Positions 11,896 to 25,900 of a DNA stretch of 64,000 nt are shown here, in pieces. The notes beneath the pieces were generated by a model. That model saw only the letters and a list, made by a program, of their open reading frames with translations. It had not been told where the DNA came from and did no database searches. The stretch is from contig QPMI01000525.1 of the NCBI GenBank assembly GCA_004431415.1, positions 38,187 to 102,186 on the forward strand. Direction: 5' to 3'. Source of the DNA: Cyanophora paradoxa CCMP329 (Eukaryota > Plantae > Glaucophyta). Position 1 is the first letter of the stretch; every line of letters starts with the position of its first letter. A program made the translations under genes and the position numbers.

Positions 11896-14800
11896 ATGCG
11901 GACGGCGCTTGTGAGGCTGGCCCGGGGTGCGTGGCAGCCGCGCGCGGCGTTCATTGTCTGCTATCTGATCGTGTGGTCGCTCCCCTCGGCAGCGGCCGAG
12001 CCGAGATCAGTCGCTGGCTCGACGCGGCGACCCCGGGCGCGCGCGAATGCGGCCGGTGGAAAGAGGCCGTCTCCGAGGCGGCCTGCGCCCCCGCCGGATG
12101 CCGTGATCGTCGACGCCATTCGAGAGATCGCACCAGTGCGCACCGCCGCCTTCCCTCCTGCCGCAAGACCGAGCGGCGCGCAGAGCCAGAGCGATCGGCT
12201 GGAGTCCAAGCAGAAGGCTCACATCCGAGCGGCCCTGCAGGCCGAGCGGGCGCAGCTGAAAGCGCGCCCGGCCGACGCCGATGCGGTGCTCATCCGGGCG
12301 CGCCGGAGGCGGGGCGCGCGCGAGCCGGAGGAGATCCCGGAGCTCACGGGCAGGGAAGAACCGCTGGAGCCGCCGCCCGCCTCTGCGTCCCTCGACGACG
12401 TGCTCCTGTGGATGTTCAACCGCGGGCTGCCGCTCCCCCGCGGCCTCGCGCAGCGGCCCGAGCGCTCGGCGGTGCAGCACAGGTACCTCCACCAGCGCAA
12501 CGCGGCGGCCGCGGCGGCGATTGCGCGGCTGGCCGGCCTGGGCCGCGTCGACCTCGCGGAGCGCACGCTCGTCCTCCACATCGAGTGGCGGCTCCGGCCG
12601 CTCTTCCGCGTGCGGGGCGACCGGGAGCCGGCGCTCACCGCCGCGCCGTTCCACGCGTCTATGGAGGCTCACATGCGCGCGGGCGCGCCCGACAAGGCGC
12701 TGGAGGTGCACCGCCTCATGGTGCAGTACGGCGTTGCAGACCGGCCTCGGACGGTCGAGCTGGTGGCGCTTGCGCACGTGGAGGCGGGGGACGCGGAGGC
12801 AGCGATCCGGTTCGCGCGGCGCGCGGCAGACGCCGGCGTCCGACTGTCGCGCAACGGGCTGGCGAGGCTCGTGCGCGCGTGCGCGCGCTCGGGCGGCGGC
12901 CCCGAGCTCGTCGAGGCGGCCCTGGCGCTGGGCGGGGAGCCGGCGGCGCGGCACGCGCCGACGCTGATCGAGCGGATCGCGGCGGCTCGCTCCTCGGGCG
13001 AAATCGCGGACCTGGTCTCCGGCGTCCCCGGCGCCGACCGGCCCTCGGAGAACCTCGGCCGCGCCGTCGTCCGCGCCTACGGCCGCGCCGGCGACGTGGC
13101 GGCCGCCGCGCGCTACGCGCACCGCGCGGCGACGGACGCGGAGCGGGCGGGGCGGCCGCTGCCGCTGGGGGCCCACGCCGCACTCTACGACGAGTTCCTC
13201 CGCCTCTGCGCCGCCCGCTGCCTCCCCGCCGCCGCCGCCGGTGCCCTTGTAGAGCTCCGCAAACGCCACCTCCACCCCTCCAAGGAATCCTTCCGGTACC
13301 CCTCCCCCTCCCTCCCGCTTCGCCCCTCTCTTTCCCTGTACCCCCTTGCGCCGACCTCTTCCCCCAGGGCGCTCTTCCACATGGCCTCGGTGCTGTCGTC
13401 CCCCTCCGCCTCCTCCCCCTCCACCACCGCGGTGCCGTACCCCCCCCCCGCCCCCCCGCCCCCCCCCCCCCCCCCCCGAAACGTCTCCCGCCCGGATTCG
13501 AACCCCCTTTCCCGCGCAGTTCGCTGCGGGTCCCATCACCATCGAGTCCCTTTGGGTCGGGGCCGTCGCCGGTGAGTTCCAAGTCGGCCGTCCGGGGTAC
13601 GGGAATGGTTCTCTTGTCTGACTCCCGCCTTCCAGCCGGCGTCGCCCGCCGGCCCGACGTGTACCGGGCTGCCGTCCACGCCGCCAGCGCCGCGCGCGAC
13701 GTACCCGCCCTCCAGGTTCGCCCTACCCCCCCCCCCCCTCTTTCGTTTCTCTTTCGTCGGACTCGTGTTTCACGCTGGGCCGTTTCGCCGCAGCGGTTCC
13801 TTCGGGACCTCTCGCTCGACCCGGCGGGCCCGACGACGGGGGCGCACCCCTCGTCGCGCTGGGCCAGCGAGGGGGCCTCGATCTCGGCGGCGGGGCCCTC
13901 TGTGGCCTGGGAGGAGGGCGACCGGGCGCGCATCGTGGGCCGCATCGCCGCCGCCATGTGCCGGGCCCGGGACTTTAGGGCCGCCAAGCGTGCCATCGTC
14001 GGCGCCGGCCTCCAGGGCAACGAGCAGGTGATCCGTCTACCCCAGCTACTTTAACTTGAACTTTTAACCTAGCTACTTGAACTTCAACTTAACTTTTAAC
14101 CTAGCTACTTTAACTTGAACTTTTAACTAATTTTTAACCTAGCTACTTTAACTTTCACTTAACTTTTAAATCTAGCTACTTCCCGCTCGCTCTGAGCTTT
14201 GACTCTGCCAGGTGCTCGTGAGCCTGGTGAGGGGCCTGAACCGCGCCGAGGAGCTGGGCCTGGCCACCGAGGCCGTCGCGTACATGGCCGCCAACGGCGT
14301 AGCCCCCTCCAAGTCCGTCCCGCGTACCCCCCCCTCCACCAGTTCGAATTTGATCCGATTCGGAGCGCAGGTGCACGGCGGACGAGCTGCTGAGGCTCTG
14401 CGCACGGGCGCGCGAGGCGCGGCGGGACGGGCGGCGGGCCGACCACGTGCACCCCTCGAGCGAGCTGCGGCGGGCCGGGGTACAGGTCCCGAACGAGCCG
14501 GCGGACAAGCCGGCCGCCGGCTCGGACCCCGTCGGGCACGCGCTGTACACGCTGGAGGCGGCGGCGCGGCTGGGGGGCGACAGGGGCCGCCGCACGGCGG
14601 GGGACACTATCTCCTCGGCGGTCGTCGGCGCGGCGCTGAGGCGCGTGGGCGAGCTCATGGGCCTCGCCGACGACGCGGAGGCCGTCCGACGTCTGTTCGG
14701 CGGATCGGGGGGCGAGGCGGAGGAGGAGGGGGGGAAGGAGACGGGGGAAGGCGATGAGGGGAAGGGCCAGGGCGGAGGGGATGGCAAGGCGGCCTCGTAG
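11896..14800 (+). CDS. Pentatricopeptide-repeat (PPR)-like protein, probably organelle-targeted
   Basis: Arg/Ala-rich N-terminus; ~35-aa helical repeats such as PFHASMEAHMRAGAPDKALEVHRLMVQYGV, RTVELVALAHVEAGDAEAAIRFARRAADAGV and VLVSLVRGLNRAEELGLATEAVAYMAANGVAP. Confidence 0.65.
14044..14178. repeat. AT-rich intronic tandem repeat (unit ~CTACTTTAACTTGAACTTTTAACCTAG, about 4-5 degenerate copies)
   Basis: Directly visible in an intron of the PPR-like gene. Confidence 0.85.
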
Positions 14801-15022
14801 GCGCTGAGGTGCTGCATACCTGTGTGGTTCTCTAGATCCGGTCCGTAGGTGATAGCTAGAGCAAGTAGCGGCACCTTGATTTCATTCTCTTCATTCGGTT
14901 AGCCTTGGCAAGGAAAAGCCTGTGGCTGGCATGGGGGAGGGGGGGGGGGGGGGGGGGGGGGGAGGAGGGGGCTGCGAGCGGGTGTCAATTCGCGTATCCC
15001 CCGGCCACGGCTCACCAAGCGG

Positions 15023-15113
15023 TCGGCAGTTGCGGCAGTTCCGGCGGTTGCGGCAGTTGCGCATGCGGCGGTTGCGGCAGCTGCGGCAGTTGCGGCAGTT
15101 GCGGCAGTTGCGC
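15023..15113. repeat. 9-bp tandem repeat (GCGGCAGTT)n, intergenic
   Basis: About 9-10 imperfect copies. Confidence 0.85.
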
Positions 15114-15656
15114 AGCTTGCAATTGGGCCGGTAGCTTCGCGACGAGCGACATCGAACGCGCGGCGGACCGACGGCGGCTTCGCGATCCAGCTTCCGACCG
15201 CGTGCGGGCCACGGTGAGGCTTCGAATTCTCGTCCTGCCGCGCCGCAGAACCAGCGCTTACATCTGCGCTAAATCGCCCGGGTGGGACGCCGACCTACGG
15301 CGCCGCGGATGCATATGCATATGGATGACAGCTATATAGCTAGCTATAGCAGCGCACTTGCATATGCATGCGCGCATGCAAGTCATCTCCCGCTACGTTG
15401 ACACGCTTCGCAGATCGCCGCGCAGCGATCGTCGCCTGCAGCTGCGGCCTTCGCATGCGCACCGGCGCGCGCCCCGCACCGGCCGCGGCAGCTGCAGCGT
15501 AGCTGCAGTCGCAGATCAGCAGAAAGCTTCCCGACGTTAAGGTGCATCCGCGCGCTGCCGGCCCCGCCCGCGGGGCGCCGCGCGCGCCGCCGCAATAGCC
15601 TGTTGGCGCTGGTTGACTTCCCGACAGCTGCAGGCGCCGGCGTTCCACAGCGACAC

Positions 15657-18600
15657 ATGGCCAGCTCAAGCGGAGGCTCGGAATTCGCGATCGGCTCCTC
15701 GAGCAGTTCTCAATGCAATGCTCGAGCTCCGATCGATATCGATATCGCGACCCATGCAGCAGATCTCGACAACGCAGCAGCTGCAGCTGCATCGCTCGTT
15801 CCCCCACCAGCTGCAGCTGCAGCTGCGCATGCATGCGCAGCTCCAGCCCATGTCGTCATCGAGCTGTCATCGGACGAAGAAACGGCAGGCCATATGCATG
15901 GCCCGCCTAGGCCTGCCGCGCTCTCCAAAACGCTGGCACGTGCACCTACGTCGAGCGACAGGGAACAGCTGCAGCTAAAAGGTGTACGGCATTGCACTAA
16001 ACGCGGCGACTTTGGCTTTGAGTTCCGGTGGCGCGGACAGTTCTCTGCCGCAGAATTCTTTTTCCCCCAGGTGTGTTCACAATCTTTCGCTCTTCATGAT
16101 CAATGCGCCCGACGGTCATTCACAATCAACTCATAATCATTATTGCGTGCAGGCTGCGGCACGGTTTCGGGACCGCTGCATTCTCGTTGCGCAGTGGCTT
16201 GACCGGCGCGACAGGCGCACTGACGGGCCCTCGGACGCCGACCTCAGCTATGACCGGCGCGAGTACGAGGGCGACCCGCTCTTCGCGAGGCTGGAGGAAG
16301 GAGCGCTGGACGGGATCGATGTTGCGGACAGCCGGCAGCTCAAGCAGGCGGTGAGGGTTTTGGTGCAGCGCTGGACGGAGCCAGTCCAGCCAGAGTCAGA
16401 GGGTGCGTCGGAGAGAGCTCGAGGGGTGGCAGACAACGTAAAAGATATTGAGCCCGTGGCGGCAGCAGGCAGCGCAAATCCGCAGCAGGAAGGGCCGCTC
16501 CCGAAGGGTTTGAGATGGACAAACGACCAAGGGCGCTATCGACTGTACATTTCATTCCCTTGGCGTGGCCGTGCGTTCATTGCTTCCGGATTTGGCTTGG
16601 AAAGATTTGCAGCTGTGGTATGAACCCCTCCACACCTAGCCTGACTTGCAGTGTTGGGTTTAAATTTAAATTGGGGCGGGCGCAGGAGACAGCTGTGCGG
16701 TTTCGGGACCGCTGCATCCTCGTTGCGCAGTGGCTCGACCGGCGCGACGGGCGCACCGACGGGCCCTCCGATGCCGATCTCAACCGCGAGCGGAGCGAGT
16801 ACGAGGGCGACCCGTTCTTCATCAAGCTCGAGGAAGGAGCGCTGGACGGGATCGATACGGGGGACATTCTACGGTTGTTTCCCGCGGTCAGGACTCTGGC
16901 ATGGCGATCGACTGCGGCGGTCGATGGCAAGACGAGAGGTGGCAAGAAGTCTGTCAAGAAGCGCTGGGGCTCCAAGATGGTTAAGGCAAAGTCAAGGCCC
17001 ACTGCGGAAGAAGTTCTGCGTGCGCGCTGCACCGCACCGCATCGCCCGTGAACCGCTCTCTAAGTCTGAAGGCCGTGCACAGATTTCATGCAGACAAGGT
17101 GGCGAGACTTGGTAAAAGTTCCGGTGACTTTTCAACACTTTGTTTTCTAAACACAGAGCAGAAATCTGAAAATCGCTCAGGTGAATCGCAAGCTCCTCCA
17201 GATGGCGTTTTGCATTGTCAGAATCCGAAAGGTAAACTCTACCCCGTGGGTCTACGTGCGTGCTAGTATCCTTTCATTTATCTCTCAAATCAGGAAGCGC
17301 CTCTTGTGTACAGCATCTTCCCAGGATACTATGTGACCGCCTTCTATCTGGATGAGAAGAAGGTGTCCTTTCTTGAAAATATTTTATTCCTGTCTTTTGC
17401 CTTGAATTGATTTCACCTGTTCAAGCATTTGCGCGCGCTGCTGCGGGTCGTCTCGCCCCTCCTTCCATCGGTCGAGGAAGCTTGGCGCTTCCGGGACCGC
17501 TGCCGGATTGCATGGTGCGGACCTTGAGTTTGCACTGCTTAGAACTCGCCTCGCTTTCTCTAGCTTGTGCCAGGCGCACTGAGGAGACCAACAGGTCTGG
17601 CCCGGAGGGCCCCGCAAGCCCGGGCGACGCACTCAACTTCCCGTTGAAAGGCGCGTGCTCGTTATAACTAATTTACGGATTCACTCTGCTAACTATCGCC
17701 TTTAAATTACTCAGAATACAAGAACGAGTCGTTCTACAGGAAGCTGTTCACTGGCCCGGAAGCGAAACGGCCCCCTATCGGAGGCAACGATCCCGCGTAC
17801 GTGTCCGCCCTATAAATATGTGCCCCGGCCCCTCAGCAATATTCGATCAACCTCGGGGCTTGTCTGTAGGCGGCAGTCGAACCATTTGAGGGTTATGGGG
17901 GCTGTGGCGCGGGTGGTCACGTTCGTGGCGGAAGAATCAGGTGTCGTGGAGGTGCCCGACTTGCACTGCAGCCGATCTCGCCCCACACATAGCGTTATCG
18001 ATGCACGCTGATGTCGACTTTGTTCAGGAGGGCGCGCCAGATGGCATGGACGAAGAAGAGGACGAGGACCTCGACGAGAAAGACGAGGAAGATATAGGCG
18101 AGGAGGAGGAAGAGGAGGAGGATGAGGAGGATGAGGAGGAGGAGGGCGAGGAGGAGGGCGAAGAAGAGGACGAGGAGGAGGCGGAGCTCGAGCCGGGCCC
18201 GGCACCGGAGGCGGCGCGAAAGAAACAGCGCCGCTGCAGCACCTGCACGTGCAACGACTCGGTGGGAAATTCAAACAGCGGAGGCATGTCGTCGAGCTCG
18301 ATTTTGCGTGCGCATTTTACCGCTTTCGATTGCACTGTTATTCGCGCAATTCTATCATCGAACTAATTCGGTTCAGGTGCAGCCATTCCAGCGCCCGTGC
18401 ATGCGCCGGCGCCACTGGAGCTGGCTGCCCCAGCACGCTCTAGATTTAGCACGCTGCCTCCGGCGACCTCTGAGTCGAGTTCGAACGTTTCTGGATCAGG
18501 TGCAGCCGTTCCAGCGTCAGCACAGGTTCCGCTGGAGCCGGCTGCAGCCGTCCCCGCAGGCCCCATGGCCATGGCCAGCTCGAGCTTGCCGCCCCCGGCT

Positions 18601-19345
18601 GCCTCTTCAAGCTCGAGCTCGAGCTCGGTCCCCGCGCCCGACCCGGCGAGAGTGCTCGAGTGGCCCTTTCCAGTGGCTCTGGAGTGGCTGCGCCGAACGT
18701 TCTTCCTCTCGGAGGCATCCCCCGAGTGCGCACTCTGGATTCTAATCTGTTTGGTTTTAATTCGTGATGGCACAGTGTGCTGCCTCCTGAAATAATTATT
18801 ACCCGTACAGGCTGCAGTGCCTGCGGCGGCTGGCGCTGACGGGGCGGGCGCTCCTGATGCGGCCGGCGGAGGCGCTGCGGGGCCGGCTGCTGGAGAAGCG
18901 GCGGGAGCTGTACCCCGACGCCGGCCTCGACCTCGTCGACGCCCTCGACGCGGTCCTTGACGCCCTTGACGGCGAGGTGCGCGCGAAATTAAAGCTTTCC
19001 GCAAAAACCGACTCGCAATAACTGACTTACCGCAAGCATCATGACTAGCGATCGCGATTGCCCATGCAAACCGTGACCGGTTGGACTCTCGCAGGTTGGG
19101 CTCTTGGTCCAGAATGCGACACAGCGGTGCGAAATCGTGACCTCATTTTGATCTTCCCATTTGTCCCTGGGGCGCCTTCTGAATTTCGCTTTCTGAATTT
19201 CGCCCTCAGGTGCGGGGACCCTGCGGTCGCTGCCGAGATTCACAAGCTCCACGCGCTGAGCCAGCGCTCCGCCGCCGGCCGCGAATCCGGAGCTCGCGGC
19301 CCTCAAGATCGCACGGAGCCCATTGCAGTTTCGCATTATGTCTGA
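15657..19345 (+). CDS. Putative DNA-binding protein with two duplicated AP2-like domains and a long acidic tract (3' end uncertain)
   Basis: Two near-identical blocks (A.RFRDRCILVAQWLDRRD.RTDGPSDADL...R.EYEGDP.F..LEEGALDGID), each preceded by a beta-strand-like segment (GVRHCTKRGDFGFEFRWRG; GLRWTNDQGRYRLYISFPWRG). Poly-Glu/Asp tract at 18045-18185. Confidence 0.55.
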
Positions 19346-19937
19346 AAAGCGTGCCGGTTTCAGGGTCCCGCGGTTGCACACGCCATGTGAGTCATCTAGG
19401 GCGTGTGACATTATGAATATATATATTGTGCATTCGAACCATCATGAGCTATTCGAAACAAAATTGTGAGCAACAGGTTTCCACTTTAAGCGCTAATTAC
19501 ATCAGATATCCCTCGAAAACCCCGCTTTCAACGCCGGATCCGGAGGCCCAGTATGTCTGAGAAAGCTTGCAGGCTTCGTATGCCCTATGGACTATATATA
19601 GAGCGGTGGCGCAGCTGCAACTACTAGGTACACGGGCTATAGGCTAGATCTGAAGGCCCTCGAGCTCACGCATTGCTCAGTCATGATCACTGAGTGCACA
19701 ATAGCTGCGTCTCAAATTAAATATTTTATTTCCTTGCGCGTGCATGTGTGTCCGAACAAATCGTTCGAATTCGAATTATACAGCTATCCTCCAGCTATCG
19801 ATATCCTGTTCGAATTGAAGATTATGCGAGTACATGCACGCCCATCTAGATCCCCGCGGCCCATGGCCAGCGCCATTATTCATGATCAGGATTATTAACA
19901 TTTACCGTTGCAATTGCGCAAATCGCGATATGCATGA

Positions 19938-22900
19938 TCAAGTGCCGGTGCCGACAGGGTGTGATTGGAGGAGTGAAGGCGCATGCTCTTCGATCGTTGC
20001 CAGGAGGACGTTCTTCCGGAGTGGCCTAGAAAATGAGTGAAGGGCGATGAGAAAAGGGGCGCTGCAAGATTGAATATTTAAATTGTATTTGAAAAGTACG
20101 GAGCGCACTTCAAGAGGACTCCGTTCATGCCCACCTCCGTGCAGCGTCCCACGCCCTCTCCGACGGCGTTCGCCGTCTACACGTGCAATGCGTAAGTTGC
20201 AGTGAGATTTCGAATTCTGGACGTCGACTGCGGCCGGCAGCACGCACGAGGGCGAGGATGGCAGAGGGCGGACCGTTCGTAAGCCCACCCGCCTCCTGCA
20301 GCATTCTTTGATCAGTGATCTGGAGTGCATGTGCGCTGTATATATAACTTTTGCAAGCGTCAGCACGTCGCAGTTTCTCACTACACACAATCAAAATATT
20401 ATGTAAGCTTACGATCCGACGATGGAGGCATCGACTCTAGATTTTCGAGTCCTATATGTACAAGGTCTCATTTGCCGCACCAGCTCTCGGATCTCCCGTG
20501 TGGCATCGATCCCTCCCAGGACCGGCATCTGCGGGCCCGCGGCGAGGGACGGTCGTTGAAATTTAAAAAGCGGATCGATATCCGGATTATAATCAGTGCA
20601 GACATTGAATTTAGAGTTAACGGCGCCTGTAGCCGAATCGAGCTTAAATGTCCATGGGAGCTTAAGCTTCAGCCAAGCGTAAAAGCTCTGAGATTCGCAG
20701 ATCTAGACCTAAAGCGTAAAAGCGTAAAAGGTATCTGCGATCTGCTCTAGGCCTAGAAGTGAAAGTTCACATCGCGATCGATATTGCCTACGGCAGGATA
20801 CTAGTGCGGAGACTCCGCCTAGATAATTTTTCTCTGTTCTTCTTGCAATTGTTCCACGACTTCCCCGATATCGATTCCCGGATTTCCGGAGCCAAATTCA
20901 AGGGCCGGCGCCCTCTCGAGGGCGGAGCGGACCTCGAGGTCCATGAGGATGAATGCAGACAGGGAGATTAATATTATATATAAGGAACTTGTAGCCGAAT
21001 CTCTTTGTTATCTATAAGGAATTTCTTATAGTTCTAGTGAACTTGACAGCGCGGGCCTCGAGGTCCATGAGGATGAGGGCGAAGGGCGGGGCCCCCGCCG
21101 CCGCCCGCCCCCGCACCGCCTCCACCGCCTGCGCGCGCGATTTATTCCCGGAGTCGCGTCAACGTTCCCAGCGCGAATTGATATCGTTCCCACGGCCAGG
21201 CGGGCTTGAGCTTTGGATGCAAAGCAGTGCTGGCCCGGTGGAGGCGCGCAGCTGGACAGCCGCTGCTCCGTTCCAGAAGCGCTAGCTTTGGCGCCCCTAG
21301 ATAGATAGATATTTTTTCCATGATCTTCTTAGATTTTTATACAGGCCATAGGTATATATATAAATATATATTCTTCGTTAGATAGATGGGAACGTTAGCT
21401 GCCGCATGCGCACCGCGCGACCGTGGATGGCCGTCGCGGAGGGGAAGCCGGCCTTGGCAAGCATAGAAGAGACCACTTTGCGGCTGCAGGGGGCGCGGGG
21501 AGCGCAAACGGGGGCGCACGCGCGCCTCCGTCAGCGGATCGGAGGGGGAGGCGGGCCGGAAACTCAAGGGCGGGTGACCCTCACTTCATATCCACGTCAT
21601 CAACAACGCTGCCGTGCCGAATATTAATCGAAGGTGATTCAGAGAGAGGGGTGAGAGTAAGAGATCTAGAATGCGCATATCTCGTTGTTAACGTTTCTGT
21701 AATGATATAAGAGCTATAGATGGACGGCACATGCACGCACAGCACTCCAGGAGCGGCGGGCGCCGCCGCAGAGGGCGGCGCGGGCGGCTCCGGAGGAATT
21801 GAAGCCCCCGTATCCGTCGCGGATTTCGGAGCGGCGGCCGCATTCTGCGGTGCGAGCGCGTCGGATGGCGCCGGTGCGCCCCAACGCACTTTCGGTTTGG
21901 GGGCTTTGCATACGTCAGCTGCAGCCGGAGCCTCCGGCGGCAGCGGCGGCGGTGGTGGCGGCTGCGCCGGCTGCGCAGTAACCGCTGCAGCTCGTCCTGC
22001 GCGTGCACGAGGATCAAATCGTTGGGTCCGGAGCCCGGATCCGCTGCGCATGCCAAGCGCCGCCCTCGCGGCAGCGTGGGTCATTAGTATTAAATATTGC
22101 CACATGCGCACCGCCTTCGACCGGCGCCTCTCGGTCCGATGCCGAGTTTTCAGCTGCAGCTGGCTGGCCGGAAGTTCCTGCAGCTGCAATTTGTTCCGGG
22201 CTTTCCGGGATTTCCTGCAGCTGGCCATGGGGCCCTGGCCATGGGATCGGGGCCGAGGGGCCGGCGCCGGCGCCCTCGCGATCGGTCCCGGGAGCGCTGC
22301 AGCTGCCCGCAGCCATCGCGCTTCCCTCCGCTTCTTTCTCTGTCGGACGGCGCACGAGCTCGACCTCGCGCACGCGTGCCATCTGGAGCGTCCATTGGTC
22401 GGAAATGTGGAAATTAAATGTGGTAGGGTCGACGACGGGGCGCACCGCCCGACGAACGGCGGCCGCGGTGGCGCAGAGGGCGGCCCCCAGCCTGTGGAGG
22501 CGGACCGGCTTCGCGAGGCGGACGACGTGGAGGGCCGCGCGCTCGGCCTCCGACGTCGACGAGGCCGCGGACGGCGCCGCCGCCGGCGCCGCCGCCGAAG
22601 GACGCCGACCCTCGCGATCGTCGCTTTGCCGGCGGCTCTCCCGCCTCGCACGCGGCACAGGTGCCGTCAGCCGCAGGAGCCCGAAAGGGCGACTGCGCGC
22701 GCGAGCAGGACCGTCGGCATTGCAAGCTTAAATTTACGCGCGATTTCGAATTCGAGATCGAAACTCAAGCGTCGAATGAAGTCGACCGCGCACTTTTCTG
22801 CGGCACGCAGTAGATCGTCGTCCGGTGTCGAGGCGTCCGCGAGCAACACGGCAGCCGCTGCTCCCGTCGAGACGGCGAACGCGTTGGGGTCCGCCTCGCA

Positions 22901-25900
22901 CGGCCAGCCCAGGCCCCGCACGCATGACCGAAGGATCGCGGCGACGGCGGCGTCGGGGTGCAGAACGAGTACCTGACAACATCGCGATCGAAGATTAATA
23001 TTATTGTAACTGCGACGTATGTCCACGTTGGCGGAAGGATCTCTAGATCTGCAGACACAGCCAGTGGTGATCTAGTGGTAAACGGACCGTCGGCGTCTGG
23101 GAGACAGCGGGGAGAGCTCCCGCCGGGATGCGACCGGTACCGGCCCGGCCGCCTATGCACGTGGAGAGCGGCCCGAGCGAAGGGATCTCTTCCAGCCTCG
23201 CGAGCGCTTGCTCGGGCTCGGGCTCGGCCTGGATCAGTGCTATGGTGAGCACTCAAGCGGCAGAGGCGCCCGCGAGCGCGAGACGCGGGGGGCCGTAATT
23301 GTGAATGTCGACGTCGACGGAAACCTCAAGCGTGAGGCTAGCCTATACCTAGATCGTCCACTAGTGTTTTGAATTGCGCGAAATCTATAAGTAGATATTT
23401 AGATTCCTCGTTCGCATAATATTCTCACGCGACTACCGTTAGTACTCACTTGCTCGCCCCAGGCTGGCTGTGCTTGCGGAGATCCAGAGTCCGATTCCAG
23501 CTGCGGAAGGGATACCTAGACACATGTACAGTGACGTCGACACATTGGCAATCAATACATGAAAAATGCTGGAAACGTTGTCACAAGCCGAACGCGCCTC
23601 GAAGAAAAAGGTGCTGCCATGGCCCGGGCTCGAAATCACGTCGATCACACCGTCCATCTGTTCGACGAGCCTCTTCGACACGGCGAGTCCCTGGGATCGA
23701 ATCCCGCGTATTAGTATTCGAAGAGAGAATCGGCGCCAAGAAATAAAGAAGAGAATAAATAAAGACAGAAGCGAGCACCATCCCCGTTCCTCCGAAGAGG
23801 CGAGTGATGCTCTGGTCAGCCTGCCTTACGTCTTCATGATTAGAAAGGCCTGCAAGGCCACATGCAAAAAGGGAAGTGCGCCTGGACGTAATCCTAGGCC
23901 TGCAAGCTTTAGAGAACATGCGACATTTAATTATAAACGTGCCTGGTTTAAACAAGTCTTGAAGGACATGCGAAATTTAAAAGGAAGCTTTAAAGAACAT
24001 GCGAAATTCAAAAGGAAGTGCGCCTGGACGTAATCCTTGAAGATGCGGTGCTGTCCCTCCCTGTCGCGAGGTAGCTTTTGTTAGATTCCGAACAAGCAGC
24101 TTCAGCTTGCGATTTGATCTCACTTCGCGATTCCCAGGCCGGTGTCCGTCACTGAAACGCGGAAGTTGACCTGAACAAGGCGGCACTGAATAGGTTTAAG
24201 GCTACGCATAGTGGAGCGCAATCGCACCCGTCCTTGCCCAACGGACAGAATGGAGACAGAGACAATGACGTGCCCCCGGTGCGTAAACTGCGAGTTCAAA
24301 ACGAGGAAATATACGCGATGCCTGGGAATGCCCCATGGACTTCAAATTTAAGCGAGAAATTAAAGCGATCTGACCTTCACTCCGTTGAAAGTCAGGTTCG
24401 TCACTATCTGCTTTAGTCTGCGCGCGCGCGCGCGCGTGCGCGTGCGCCCCGCCCACTCAAACGGTCGCCTGATCTAGAGACGTAGACCTAGGCCTAGACC
24501 TCCAGCTGTACGCGATCGGCATCGGCGTCGCTCGCCTGCACGGGTCGCCGACGAGCTGAAGGGGCCCGGGGGCGCAGGCCTCGCGCTGCACGGCGGGCTC
24601 CGGATCGTCCTCGCGCCAGTTCCAGCGCGGCGGGGCGTACACCGCCAGCTCGACGCCCTTCGAGAACGCCGCGGGCGCCACGGCCTGCATTAATATTCAC
24701 GGAATTAATTGAAGCTTAAGTTCAAGCAGAACAAAGTTAAGTTCAAGCAGAACAAAAGCTGAGATTGATGATGAGTTATGTATGTATGAAGACTGTGATT
24801 CGAATTCGATCCGATTAAAAGCGCGAGGTCATATGATCACCTCCACGACCTCTTCGACCACGCATCGAAGATCGAACGGGATAGACTCCAGATCCAGCTT
24901 CCCCGCCTGCCGCATATATACATAAGTGAAGCTCGTAACTTTGACGTCACATTAAAAATATTAAGATCGCGTCGAACGCAGTAGGTAACTAGGGGCCCGG
25001 CCGCGTTTGGCGCGCCGGGGGTGCAAGGGGGGAATCGGGATCTAATGAAAGAGGCCCGGTCGGCGTGCTCGGCCGGCACACGCGGTTCTGCAATATAAGC
25101 TCGATATAAGCTCGATATAAGCGCAGCAAGAGAGTACGGTCTAGATCTGGCCGGCCGGGCGTGCTCGGCTGCGATCAGCTGCAGCGGCGCAGGCAGCAAC
25201 GCAAGCAGTTTCTAGGCGGAAATCTAGAGGAGACGTTGACAGGTAGAGAGAAGTGGTTCCATGCAGAACCGCGCAACGAAGAGCAAGGCGTACGCGACGC
25301 ACTGCGTGGAAGCCGAAATCTAGAGGAGACAGCTAGGGAGAACTGGTTCCATGCAGAACCGCGCAAGGAATTCGAAGACCGGAGTTAGAGAGAAGTTAGT
25401 TTTCCCCTCGAAAACCACTTTTTCCCCTCGAATTCGACGCTCGAAAGTCGAGAGCTGACCGGTCCACCGAGCCAATCGGAAGGCGAATAACCAACATTTT
25501 CGTTGCAGACTGGCCCTCGAAAACGGCCTCATAGAAAAATTTTGGCTGAAGCGAGGGAACGGGAAGCAAGGGGGCCCCCTTCCCCCCTTGCAATTATATA
25601 ATCGCACCTCCATCTTGTGAAGCTGCGAAAGGTGACGTTTACAAGATTGGTTACAGTAAAATAGGTAGACGCGACTAGAAGGCCACAAAGACATCTAGAT
25701 TTGATTTCCATTCTTCGCACGTCGAGCAGGTCGTTCACAATGACGAGCATCTGTGAACGATATAAACAGCTTAAGCACACAGGAGGTCACTAAAAGCCTA
25801 TGCGCTCTTGTAGAAAATAGTGCGCACTTGATCCGAGGAACTTCGCATCGAATCGAGAAGGTCGCGCTGCGGAGAAATCTTAAACTCCAGGATGCACGCA

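Noticed and set aside
7238-14054. Long ORFs 7238-8728(-), 10814-11914(+), 11853-14054(+), 12007-13542(-) and 12716-14020(-)
   Set aside because: Arg/Gly/Pro-rich shadow frames of GC-rich DNA that overlap better-supported spliced genes.
17266-17273. GTATCCTT (U12 GT-type donor)
   Set aside because: Lies a few bases inside an intron that more plausibly starts at the upstream GTGCG donor; no U12 branch site seen.
24270-24310. FELAVYAPG looking like a duplicate of VELAVYAPP
   Set aside because: Coincidental off-frame reading; the real exon encodes FTHRGHV of the HATPase domain.
25215-25375. ~55-bp direct repeat in a long intron of the kinase gene
   Set aside because: Real repeat, but no terminal repeats or target-site duplication to call a transposon, and no exon similarity.
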